Shown: in pieces, positions 7,986 to 16,676 of the stretch | Position numbering within the stretch: position 1 is the stretch's first letter | Layout: the number at the start of each line of letters is the position of its first letter | Source: a virus | Lineage: Duplodnaviria > Caudoviricetes | DNA: 31,378 bases | Virus record (IMG/VR): IMGVR_UViG_3300021124_000025 | Span: 1 to 31,378 of that record | Strand: one strand, 5' to 3' | Notes under the pieces: generated by a model | Database searches by the model: none | What the model was told of the DNA's origin: nothing | Seen by the model: the letters and a program-made list of their open reading frames with translations, nothing else | Program-made: the position numbers and the translations under genes

Positions 7986-10286
7986 ATGGTCGGGTTAATC
8001 GAGCGCTTCGCCCTCGCGGCGCGCTACGCCATTACAGGCGATGCGTCGGCGGCCGCGCAATGGTTTGGTCCACACCAGCCACTTGACCCGACCGCCCCCC
8101 CCGCCGTCGAGGGAAGGCGTTTTGATTTCCGGGCGGGCATCAATCTCGCCTACCGGCCGGGCGATGACGAAGGCATCGACTTCGCGCAGCTTCGCGCCCT
8201 TGCCGACAACTTCGGATTGGTGCGCCTGGTGGTCGAAACGCGCAAGGACCAGTTGGCATGGCGGGAATGGGAAATCCGTCCCCGCAAGGGCTGCGCGACA
8301 CGGCCCGACGATCCAGCCATCACGGCAATCACCAGCTTTCTCGAAACCCCCGACATGGAGCATGACTGGGAGACCTGGTTGCGCGCCCTGGTGGAGGACA
8401 TGCTGGTTATCGACGCCGCGACGATCTTCCCCAGGCGGACCGGCAATGGCGAGCTTTACAGCCTCGATCTTATTGACGGGGCCACCATCGGCCGCGTCAT
8501 TGACCCCTGGGGGCGCACGCCGACACCGCCCGCCGCGGCTTATCAGCAGGTCCTCCATGGTCTCCCGGCGGTCGATTACGACGCCAAAAGCCTGCTTTAT
8601 CTTCCGAGGAATTACCGGACCAACCGGATCTATGGTTTCAGTCCGGTCGAACAGATCCTGGTGATGATCAACATCGCGATGCGTCGCGAAATGCACAAAC
8701 TGGAATATTACACCAGCGGTACCGTTCCGGATGCCCTGGCCGGGGTTCCCATGACCTGGAATCCGGATCAGATCGCCGACTTCCAGGAATATTTCGACAC
8801 TCTTCTGAGCGACAATTTGGCTCAGCGGCGGAAAATTCGCTTCGTGCCGGAAACGATCGCCAAAGCGTTTGTCGAGACCAAGGGGGCCGTGCTCAAGGAC
8901 GATTTTGACGAATGGATTGCCCGTTTCGTCTGTTACGCCTTTAGCGTGTCCTCTCAATGGGCGGTCAAGATGATGAACCGTTCGACCGCCGAGAGCGCGG
9001 CGCAGCAGGCAACCGAGGAGGGCTTGGCTCCGCTGCAGGGATGGGTGCGCAACGTCATGACCCGCACGCTGCGCGATGCATTTCTCCGGCCCGATCTTGA
9101 ATTTTGCTGGAAGGAAGATCAGGCCGTTGATCCGGCCGAACAGTCGGAAATTGACGACAGGGACTTGAGAAATGCAAGCCGCACTCTCAACCAGGTGCGC
9201 GCATCTCGCGGCGATGACCCCGTGCAAGGCGGCGATGAGCCCTTGATATATACGGCGGTCGGCGCGGTTCCATTGAAGGATGTGCTCAATCCACCGGCTC
9301 CCACGCCAGCCACCCCGGCGGTTGCGGGACCAGATCCGTCGCCCGACGGCGATGATGATGGCCGTGGTGGCGGAAAAGGACCGGGCGGAGGCGGCCGGTC
9401 TTCCGGAGGTTCCGACAACATGAGCAAGGCCGCCGAAGGTGAGTCTCCCGAACAAAGCCTTGAGATGGCATGGGCGGATTATCTGGGAGGGCAGGCCGGC
9501 CAGGCGAATGGTTTTTTTTTGACCTTGGCGGCGCGAGGGGAAGACCCCAACAAAGCGGCAATCTCCGCTGCCGCTGATCCCTCCGCTCTGGCCGAGGCGG
9601 CGATCGACGCGGCGGCCACCGCGATCGAGCGCCGCCAGCTGGTGGAGCGCACCGCCCGGATTCTTCTTTCCAGCGCGACGGACGCGATTAACGAGGGATT
9701 GGGGGCGCTGGAATCCACCCTCGGCAATGGCGGCGCCGAAGCCGGCATCGTCATGGGGCCGGCCGAGGTCGCCGACATTACCAACCTTGCCCATCCCGAG
9801 GCGGTCGAATATGCCGAGACGCGTGCCGCCCAGTTGGTGTCGCGGATCGATGAAACGACCCGCAATCAGCTCAGAACCCTCATCGCCAACGCTCAGAAAG
9901 AGGGGTGGAGCGCCGATCGCCTGGCCGGCGCGGTTCACGATATGGGCGGCTTCGGCCCGGTCCGGGCGGAGATGATCGCCAGGACGGAGCTGGCCGCCTC
10001 CTCGATCCGCGGCAATCTCGCAGCTTGGACCGCTGCCGCCAATCGGCTGGGTCTGGGCATCAGGAAGCGCGTGATTTTAGGGATCAACGAACAGCACTGC
10101 GCGGCCTGCGAGGACGCTGTCAGAGAGGGTGCAATCCCTCTTTCCGATAGTTGGGGTGTTGGTTTCGCGCCCCCGTTCCATCCTCGCTGCGGGTGCGATC
10201 TGGTACCTGAAGTTATAAGGGACGAGGAGGGACGCCTCGAGTCGAGGAATTTCCCACCACGCGAACGGCATGGAGAACGACCATAA
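7986..10286 (+). CDS. HK97-type portal protein fused to a Mu gpF/SPP1 gp7-like minor head domain
   Basis: Portal motifs (FAQLRALAD, YGFSPVEQI, TLNQVRA..G.DP), Pro/Gly linker, then IDETTRNQL, RAEMIARTE and HC..C...PPFHPRCGC. Confidence 0.9.
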   Translation: MVGLIERFALAARYAITGDASAAAQWFGPHQPLDPTAPPAVEGRRFDFRAGINLAYRPGDDEGIDFAQLRALADNFGLVRLVVETRKDQLAWREWEIRPRKGCATRPDDPAITAITSFLETPDMEHDWETWLRALVEDMLVIDAATIFPRRTGNGELYSLDLIDGATIGRVIDPWGRTPTPPAAAYQQVLHGLPAVDYDAKSLLYLPRNYRTNRIYGFSPVEQILVMINIAMRREMHKLEYYTSGTVPDALAGVPMTWNPDQIADFQEYFDTLLSDNLAQRRKIRFVPETIAKAFVETKGAVLKDDFDEWIARFVCYAFSVSSQWAVKMMNRSTAESAAQQATEEGLAPLQGWVRNVMTRTLRDAFLRPDLEFCWKEDQAVDPAEQSEIDDRDLRNASRTLNQVRASRGDDPVQGGDEPLIYTAVGAVPLKDVLNPPAPTPATPAVAGPDPSPDGDDDGRGGGKGPGGGGRSSGGSDNMSKAAEGESPEQSLEMAWADYLGGQAGQANGFFLTLAARGEDPNKAAISAAADPSALAEAAIDAAATAIERRQLVERTARILLSSATDAINEGLGALESTLGNGGAEAGIVMGPAEVADITNLAHPEAVEYAETRAAQLVSRIDETTRNQLRTLIANAQKEGWSADRLAGAVHDMGGFGPVRAEMIARTELAASSIRGNLAAWTAAANRLGLGIRKRVILGINEQHCAACEDAVREGAIPLSDSWGVGFAPPFHPRCGCDLVPEVIRDEEGRLESRNFPPRERHGERP

Positions 10287-10296
10287 GGAGAGAAAA

Positions 10297-10490
10297 AAGC
10301 AAGAATGACCGATGACGCGTTCGCAAACACCGCCCCCTCGTCTACCCGGCGACATCAAAATACCGCTATTTCCGCCTGGGACCCGTTTAGAATCGAATTT
10401 AAAACGAGTCCCGGCATCGAGATGACCCAGAGGGGTAAACTCGCTTCCACGGGCTAAAAATCGGCTCCTTGGAATCGGTGTATCATGCTT
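10297..10490 (+). other. Intergenic nested inverted repeats, candidate structured RNA
   Basis: Hairpin 10374-10415 enclosed by CCCCTC/GAGGGG, ACCGAT/ATCGGT and AAGCA/TGCTT. Confidence 0.4.
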
Positions 10491-10558
10491 CGCTTGCGGC
10501 GGCGCCGTCGCCGTGGCACCCTGACCACCTCCCATCCCATCCGAAAGACCAATGGTCA

Positions 10559-10577
10559 GGACATCTGTCCGGGTTCT
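10559..10577 (+). promoter_or_regulatory. Putative activator-binding dyad of the head-gene promoter (copy 2)
   Basis: Perfect dyad GGACA-TC-TGTCC followed by GGGTTCT; flanked by AAAGACCAA (10544-10552) and TTGGTCTTT (10578-10586). Confidence 0.65.
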
Positions 10578-10663
10578 TTGGTCTTTTGACTCCCCTTATT
10601 TTCCGGATCTCACGCGGTCATGCGCCGCAGTTGGTCCCAGGACAAATAGGGCGGTCACAATCC

Positions 10664-11977
10664 ATGCTGTTCATTCCCCTGCGCAAAGTCGACTCAGGAC
10701 GCCGTATCGTGATCGCCCGTCTGGACGAGACTCCCGATCGCGCCGGCATGGTGCTGGATTACGAATCCAGCAAACCGGCCTTCCAGGCATGGTCGGAAAA
10801 CATGCGCAAGGCTACCTCCGGCCTGTCCCTCGGCAATGTGCGCGAAATGCACGGACTGCGGGCGGTAGGCCGGGTGACCCGCATGGATTTTCTCGATGCC
10901 GAGAAGGCCATTGAATTCGAGATCGAGGTCATCGACGACGATGCGATGCTCAAGATCGAAACGGGCATCCTGACCGGTGTTTCGCAGGGCGGCAAATATG
11001 GCAGGCGCTGGCATGACGGAATGTTCAAGCGCTACACCGCCGGCGCGGTGCATGAGCTTTCCCTGGTGGATTATCCCTGTATTCCCGACGCGACCTTCTC
11101 GATGATCAAGGCTGGCGGCGCTGAGGAATCAATCAGTCTGGTCGGCAGCGATGATGGTCGGATCCGTTATGTCGCCGATCTGCTGGTCGACAGCGAAGAC
11201 CTGACCGAATATCGCGACATCCTCCTGGCGCAGCCTTCAGTGATGCTCAAAGCGCTTTTTCCCAAGGACGGTCCCGAAGGGATGCAGACGCGGGATTTCG
11301 ATCCGGCCGAGCGCGATCAACATGCCCAGAAGGGCGACGCGCTGCAAGACGGCTCGTTTCCGATCGTTGAGGCGTCCGACGTGGCCCATGCGGTTCGGGC
11401 TATGGGCCTGTCCCAGGAAGCCGACATGGTCAAGGTCCATATCATCGCTCGCGCCGAAGCGCTGGGCGCGACCGATCAGCTTCCTGCCGGTTGGATCGCG
11501 GCGGCCGCCACAACCACGGAAGAAGCCGCCGGGGCGCCCCCCAGCGCCGAGGATATGGCCAAGGCCTCGCTTGCCGAGGATATGGCCAAGGCCGGCGCCC
11601 GGAACAGTTCCGCCGACCTCTCCCACATTCAGGCCATTCATGACCACGCCCGTGAGCTTGGCGCCGTTTGCGGAGACGAGGACGCCGGCGGAACGACGAT
11701 GGTTAAACTTGCCGGTGAGCTGCACACTTACAAACACCAGCTCGGCAGCCTTCGGGCCGAAAACACGGCGTTGACGAAGAGGCTAGCCGAGCTTGAGCGA
11801 ACTCCGCTTCCTGGCGGTCCTGTCCGCACCAATGTGGCGATCCACAAGAGTCAGGACGGGCACACGGGCGCCAGTCTGAAAGAAAAAGCGGCCGCCGATT
11901 TAGCTGCCATTAACGCGATGCCGGACGGCCAGGAAAAGACGGTCGCCCTGGTCCGCCACACCATGAAATTTCAGTGA
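10664..11977 (+). CDS. Prohead protease-scaffold fusion (HK97-type protease, middle helical domain, coiled coil)
   Basis: NVREMH, LTGVSQGG, ELSLVDYPCIPDATF. Start moved to ATG 10664 because the upstream extension covers the regulatory region. Confidence 0.85.
   Translation: MLFIPLRKVDSGRRIVIARLDETPDRAGMVLDYESSKPAFQAWSENMRKATSGLSLGNVREMHGLRAVGRVTRMDFLDAEKAIEFEIEVIDDDAMLKIETGILTGVSQGGKYGRRWHDGMFKRYTAGAVHELSLVDYPCIPDATFSMIKAGGAEESISLVGSDDGRIRYVADLLVDSEDLTEYRDILLAQPSVMLKALFPKDGPEGMQTRDFDPAERDQHAQKGDALQDGSFPIVEASDVAHAVRAMGLSQEADMVKVHIIARAEALGATDQLPAGWIAAAATTTEEAAGAPPSAEDMAKASLAEDMAKAGARNSSADLSHIQAIHDHARELGAVCGDEDAGGTTMVKLAGELHTYKHQLGSLRAENTALTKRLAELERTPLPGGPVRTNVAIHKSQDGHTGASLKEKAAADLAAINAMPDGQEKTVALVRHTMKFQ
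11546..11593 (+). repeat. 21-bp direct repeat, period 27 (AEDMAKA x2)
   Basis: GCCGAGGATATGGCCAAGGCC at 11546-11566 and 11573-11593. Confidence 0.95.
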
Positions 11978-11988
11978 GGAGTTCTTTG

Positions 11989-13515
11989 ATGCGTAATATT
12001 TCCGGTGTTACCAACGATACCCTGGACATGCTGATGCGTCCGGGCGCCAGCACTGAGGACATGATTAAAGCCTGGTTTGCCCCGACGGGCGCAACCACGG
12101 GCATCCAGAACTATTCCCTGATCAAGCCGGCCCTCAGCCTGTTCCCGGTGGTAACGCCGATTGTGAACGGTCTGTCCTTCGATGACGCCGGCGGCGGCAT
12201 TCAAAGCAATTGGCACGCGATCACCGGCGTCAATACCACCGGCATCTCTCCCGGCCTTTCCGAAGGCAATCGCGGCGCCGCCATCACCACGGCCACCGCC
12301 GATTATTTCGCCAGCTTCAAGACATTCGGCCATGATGACTACGTGACCGACGAGGCACGCGACGCCGCAACCGATTATATGGACTTGCTGGCCCGCGCCC
12401 AGTCCAACCTGCTCTTCACCTCGCGGATCAGCCTTGAGCGTGTCTGCCTGGGCGGCCTTGGCACCTATTCGCTGCCGGCGCCGACGGCTCCGACGCTCGC
12501 CACGGCGACGACGGGCGGGGCGCTCCCGGCCGCTACCACCTATTCGGTAATCTGCGCGGCTCTGACCAGCAACGGGTACCGCAACGGGTCGGTTGTCAAT
12601 GGCGTCCCCGGTCAGGTCAGCCGCACCAACATGGATGGATCCGTCGATGCCTATGGCGGCGGTACCGGCCCGCGGTCGGCCAACACCACGATCCTTACCG
12701 GCGCCGGCGGCGCCAACTCAATCACCGCCTCGACGCCGCCGATCGCCGGTGCGGTTGCCTATGCGTGGTTCTGGGGCGCGGCCGGCGCAGAACTGCTCGG
12801 CGCGATTACAACGATCAATTCCGTGGCAATCACCGCGGTGGCAGGGGGAACTCAAACGGCCGTCTCGTTGGGCGCCGCCGCCACCGACTATTCCAAGAAC
12901 GCGCTGGAATGCGACGGGCTCATCTCCATCAACAGCAAGGCTGGAATGGGCACATATACCATGCAGCAGGCGACCGGCGTGGCCGGAGTCGGCACGCCGC
13001 TGACCGCCGATGGCGTCGGCGGTGTCGCCGAACTCGACACCGCCATGAAATGGATGTGGGACAATCTCCGCATTGGCCCGAGCCGAATTTTCATGAGCAG
13101 TCAGGAGCAGCTCAATATCACCAAGAAGGTTCTCCAGTCCCCCGGCGGCAGCGGCGCTCAGCGCTTTATGATCCAGGCCAACCAGGGTTCGGTTATCGGC
13201 GGTGATCTCGTGGTGGGCTATCTCAACAAATTCGGCAACAACTATGCCGGCGTTGCCGGACAGTCGGCCAAGTTCGTCCCCTTCGTCATTCATCCGGATC
13301 TGGCTCCGGGAACGATCATCCTCGACACCGAGGAACTGCCCTATCCGCTGAACGATACGCCGAACGTCAAGCGCTTCCTCGCCCAGGAAAACTGGCATGC
13401 GACGCTCTGGCCCCGTGTCCGTCGCCGCTATGAATACGGCGTCTACCTGCGCGGCGTGTTCCAGCACTTCTTCCCGGCCTCCACGGTCGTGATCTCGAAC
13501 ATCGCCAACGGCTGA
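11989..13515 (+). CDS. Major capsid protein with inserted beta-rich domain
   Basis: RBS GAGGAG 11976-11981; follows the protease/scaffold; LSEGNRG, FVIHPDLAPGTI and RYEYGVY...VISNIANG fit an HK97-fold capsid. Confidence 0.8.
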   Translation: MRNISGVTNDTLDMLMRPGASTEDMIKAWFAPTGATTGIQNYSLIKPALSLFPVVTPIVNGLSFDDAGGGIQSNWHAITGVNTTGISPGLSEGNRGAAITTATADYFASFKTFGHDDYVTDEARDAATDYMDLLARAQSNLLFTSRISLERVCLGGLGTYSLPAPTAPTLATATTGGALPAATTYSVICAALTSNGYRNGSVVNGVPGQVSRTNMDGSVDAYGGGTGPRSANTTILTGAGGANSITASTPPIAGAVAYAWFWGAAGAELLGAITTINSVAITAVAGGTQTAVSLGAAATDYSKNALECDGLISINSKAGMGTYTMQQATGVAGVGTPLTADGVGGVAELDTAMKWMWDNLRIGPSRIFMSSQEQLNITKKVLQSPGGSGAQRFMIQANQGSVIGGDLVVGYLNKFGNNYAGVAGQSAKFVPFVIHPDLAPGTIILDTEELPYPLNDTPNVKRFLAQENWHATLWPRVRRRYEYGVYLRGVFQHFFPASTVVISNIANG

Positions 13516-13540
13516 CAGCCATTCCTGACAGGAGGATGAC

Positions 13541-13897
13541 TTGACGAAAGAAATGCGTTCCCTGACCGGCCACACGTCGGTCCATCATGACCAAAAGCTG
13601 TACCACCCAAACAAGGAGGGAGTGTTCCTGGTTGAGGACGGGCATGTCGACGCGCTCAAATCGCACGGGCTGCTTCTTGTGGACGAGGCCGACCTGGTCG
13701 CCCAGGCCGAACTGACAAAACGCCGGACCGATGATCTTGAGGGCGAAAATGCGCGGCTCAAGGCTCAGTTGGCGGAAAGCGCCCTTGCCAAGGAAAATGA
13801 AGAGCTTCGCGCCCAGCTCGCCGCCCTGCAGACCCCGGATCCGGCGGCCGGCGAAGGCAAGAAGAAGGCCGCGAAAGCCGACGGGACGGAGGGCTGA
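13541..13897 (+). CDS. Hypothetical head-associated protein with coiled coil
   Basis: Strong AGGAGG before the TTG start; directly after the capsid gene. Confidence 0.7.
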   Translation: MTKEMRSLTGHTSVHHDQKLYHPNKEGVFLVEDGHVDALKSHGLLLVDEADLVAQAELTKRRTDDLEGENARLKAQLAESALAKENEELRAQLAALQTPDPAAGEGKKKAAKADGTEG

Positions 13898-14098
13898 ATG
13901 CTGCTCAATGTCCCTCCCGGCATTACCCAGGTTGTTGACGACGCCGGCAATGCGCTGACCGTCGTCGGCGGTCAGGTGCATGTCGAGCCCCATCTGGTCG
14001 CAGGTCTTCTGGCCCAGGGTTTTACGGTCGCCGCGACCGATGCCACCACCGCTGATTCGCCGGAATTTACCGGCGATACACAGCTTCCGTCGGAGTAA
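13898..14098 (+). CDS. Small hypothetical protein
   Basis: Abuts both neighbours; GGAGGG upstream. Confidence 0.65.
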   Translation: MLLNVPPGITQVVDDAGNALTVVGGQVHVEPHLVAGLLAQGFTVAATDATTADSPEFTGDTQLPSE

Positions 14099-14103
14099 GC
14101 GGA

Positions 14104-14661
14104 ATGCCGGCCGGCGATCTCACCACCCTGGCGAATGTCGAAGGGTTTCTCAAGCTGCAGGCGGGCAATGCCGACGAGGCGTTGCTCTCCCGCTTGATCA
14201 CGGCCTCTTCGATCTTCGCGCAGAGTTGGTGTAATCGCCAGTTCGCCAGCCAGTCCTTCTCCGAGACGCGGGACGGCACCGGATCAAATCGAATGGTTTT
14301 TGGCAACCCGCCGGTGAGCGCGGTGACGTCGGTTGTGATTGATGGCTGGTCTATTCCGATCGGCGATGCCGTCTCGGCGCCGGGTTATTATTTCACGCCG
14401 AGGCGGCTGATGCTCAACGGCTATCGGTTTTCGGTCGGACTGGGCAATGTCGAGCTGTCCTATGAGGGCGGTTTCGCCGCAATTCCTGACGATATCGAGC
14501 AGGCCGTGATTGAGATTGTCGTGCATGCTTACAAGGAGCGGGATCGCATCGGGCACTCCTCCCAGGCGATGGCCGGCGAGACCACGTCCTACATCGTCAG
14601 GGACATGCCGCCGCGCGCGGAGTCGATCCTGCGAAATTACAAACGCGTGGTGCCGATATGA
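14104..14661 (+). CDS. Head-tail connector/adaptor (gp6-like)
   Basis: DLTTLANVEGFL, LLSRLITASS...CNR, IPDDIEQAVIEIV, ILRNYKR. Confidence 0.85.
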   Translation: MPAGDLTTLANVEGFLKLQAGNADEALLSRLITASSIFAQSWCNRQFASQSFSETRDGTGSNRMVFGNPPVSAVTSVVIDGWSIPIGDAVSAPGYYFTPRRLMLNGYRFSVGLGNVELSYEGGFAAIPDDIEQAVIEIVVHAYKERDRIGHSSQAMAGETTSYIVRDMPPRAESILRNYKRVVPI

Positions 14662-15167
14662 GCGGCATCGGCATTGAGCAGATTGGACTCGAGTCCGTCA
14701 CCATTCAGCTTCGATCGATGCCCGATCGGGTGCGCCAGGCGCTGGAACGCGCAGTGGAAACGGAGGCGCTCAATCTCGTCCGTATCGTCAAAGAGGATAA
14801 ACTGTCCGGCCAGGTTCTGGGTCAGCGGACCCACCGCCTTCGGGATTCGGTCCATATGCTCGCCCTTGAGTCCGACGCGGACACGGTCGAGGCGGCGGTT
14901 GGCGTCAACCTGAAAGACGCCAAATACGCAGCTTTCTGGGAGTATGGGTTTACCGGCATCGAGCAGGTGCGCGAACACACCCGGAAAATAACCCAGGCAT
15001 TCGGCCGCCCGATTGATGAGCGCACCATTCTGGTCCGCGCCCATGCGAGGCATGTCGATCAGCCGCCGCGATCCTATCTGCGCTCAACGCTTGGTGAGGA
15101 GGCGGACGGGATCCGGGCGCGCCTGCGGGCCGCCGTCGACCGCGCCGCCGCCGGAGGCGCCGCATGA
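14658..15167 (+). CDS. Neck/tail-completion protein (HK97 gp10-like)
   Basis: LSGQVL..RT.RLRDS, KYAAFWEYG, PPRSYLRSTL. Confidence 0.8.
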   Translation: MSGIGIEQIGLESVTIQLRSMPDRVRQALERAVETEALNLVRIVKEDKLSGQVLGQRTHRLRDSVHMLALESDADTVEAAVGVNLKDAKYAAFWEYGFTGIEQVREHTRKITQAFGRPIDERTILVRAHARHVDQPPRSYLRSTLGEEADGIRARLRAAVDRAAAGGAA

Positions 15168-15595
15168 TCCGCGAGACCTACTATTCCGCATTGTTCGCGG
15201 TGCTGCAGACCCTCCAGGGGTCGGCTTTCTCACTGGTGTCGCGCAAACTCCTTCTTATCGGCAACATGAACAGCACCGATTTCCCGGCGCTTTTCATGGT
15301 GGTTCACAACCAGGTTACCGCCGCCGGCCCGATCGGCCTGCCCGGCAAGCGCACGCTCGGCGCCCAACTGTTCATCTATGTCTCCAATCCGGATGCCACG
15401 GTGAGCGCGGATCCGCTGCTCAACACACTGATTGATGTGGTCGAGGCCGCTCTCGCGCCGTCGCCGATGAGCGGAACCCAGACACTGGGCGGCATCGCGC
15501 AGCATTGCTGGATTGACGGGGTGACCGAAGTGTTCTCCGGCTCGAACAGTCAAAGTGCCGCCGCCATCATTCCCGTCAAAATCCTGGTCCCCTGA
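15164..15595 (+). CDS. Tail terminator-like protein
   Basis: Position and size; FPALF and QTLGGIAQHCWIDG. Confidence 0.65.
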   Translation: MIRETYYSALFAVLQTLQGSAFSLVSRKLLLIGNMNSTDFPALFMVVHNQVTAAGPIGLPGKRTLGAQLFIYVSNPDATVSADPLLNTLIDVVEAALAPSPMSGTQTLGGIAQHCWIDGVTEVFSGSNSQSAAAIIPVKILVP

Positions 15596-15606
15596 AAGGA
15601 ACCACA

Positions 15607-15876
15607 ATGGACGAAGCAGCTTCGCCTTCCGGCAACCCCATACCACCCCCAGAGAGCGAGCCGACCATGTCGGCCGCCGGCGAGGCTTCAGCGACCTCGC
15701 CGGCGCCTTCGGGGTCGGTCGGAATTTCCGATGAGGTTGAAGATCCGATCGACGCGCTGGATGCCTGGTTTCATCAGCACATTCACGACTCGGTCTACAG
15801 CCGCAACACCTTGGTCTACAACCGCATTGTTTCCGCCTATTCGGTCATCAGGGCGGAGTTGATCGCTCTGGCGTAA
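15607..15876 (+). CDS. Hypothetical protein
   Basis: RBS AAAGGA; low-complexity N-terminus, helical C-terminus. Confidence 0.6.
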   Translation: MDEAASPSGNPIPPPESEPTMSAAGEASATSPAPSGSVGISDEVEDPIDALDAWFHQHIHDSVYSRNTLVYNRIVSAYSVIRAELIALA

Positions 15877-15896
15877 TTCGAGCAACGGAGTTTCTC

Positions 15897-16676
15897 ATGG
15901 CACTCGCAGTTTTCGGTCCCGGTTCGCTTTATGTCACGCGAAACGACATTCCAAATCAGACGCCGATCAACGTCGGATATTGCAACGAGTTCTCGTATGA
16001 CGAGTCGGCGGAATCAAAGGCGCTTTATGGCTCATTGCAATACGCGCTCGCCGAAGCGCGCGGAACCATCAAGGCGACGGGCAAGATCAAGGCGGCCAAG
16101 TTGTCCGGCATTGCACTTAATGCCGTGTTTCATGGCCAGTCCTTCGCGGCCGGCTCCCTTGTTATGAGCCAAACGGAACTTGGCACGCTGCTGACGAACG
16201 CTGTGACCGTCGCCAACGCGGCGCATTTCGACACCGATCTCGGGATCATCTACGCCTCCGGCGCGTCGGCGGGGCTGCCTTTCCAGAAAATGCCCCCGGC
16301 GACCCCCCAGGCAACGCTGACCGTTGGGCAGTACACTGTCGCCGCCGGCGTTTATACCTTTTCGACAGCCGATCAAACCGCCCAGGCGGCTGCCGGCGCA
16401 ACCCCGCTCGTCGGGATTACCTATGTCTTCACATCGACAGCCGGGCAGTCTTTGACGGTGATGAACACGCCGATCGGCACCACGCCGACCTTCCAGATCG
16501 ATTACGCCACCACCGATAATGGGCAGGCTTACTACGGCCGCTTCTTTGCCTGCGTATCGACCAAGCTCTCGAAGGCATTCAAGCTTTCTGATTTCATGAT
16601 GCCTGAGATCGATTTCGGCTTCTTCGCCAACGCGGCCGGCCAGGTCTACAAGGCCGGTTATTCCGAGGTGTCGTGA
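15897..16676 (+). CDS. Major tail tube protein
   Basis: GGAG RBS; 259 aa beta-rich protein ahead of the chaperones and tape measure; no sheath gene. Confidence 0.75.
   Translation: MALAVFGPGSLYVTRNDIPNQTPINVGYCNEFSYDESAESKALYGSLQYALAEARGTIKATGKIKAAKLSGIALNAVFHGQSFAAGSLVMSQTELGTLLTNAVTVANAAHFDTDLGIIYASGASAGLPFQKMPPATPQATLTVGQYTVAAGVYTFSTADQTAQAAAGATPLVGITYVFTSTAGQSLTVMNTPIGTTPTFQIDYATTDNGQAYYGRFFACVSTKLSKAFKLSDFMMPEIDFGFFANAAGQVYKAGYSEVS

Noticed and set aside
7995-9938. 647 aa antisense ORF (also 6679-7623, 12718-13575, 18660-19865 and others)
   Set aside because: Shadow ORFs opposite well-supported genes in GC-rich DNA; no recognisable motifs.
10305-10457. 50-codon ORF in the portal-protease gap
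   Set aside because: The nearest SD-like sequence is too far upstream, the peptide has no features, and the region is better explained by inverted repeats.
10469-10663. N-terminal extension of the protease ORF in the track
   Set aside because: Overlaps the regulatory dyad and hairpin; protease-like sequence begins at ATG 10664.
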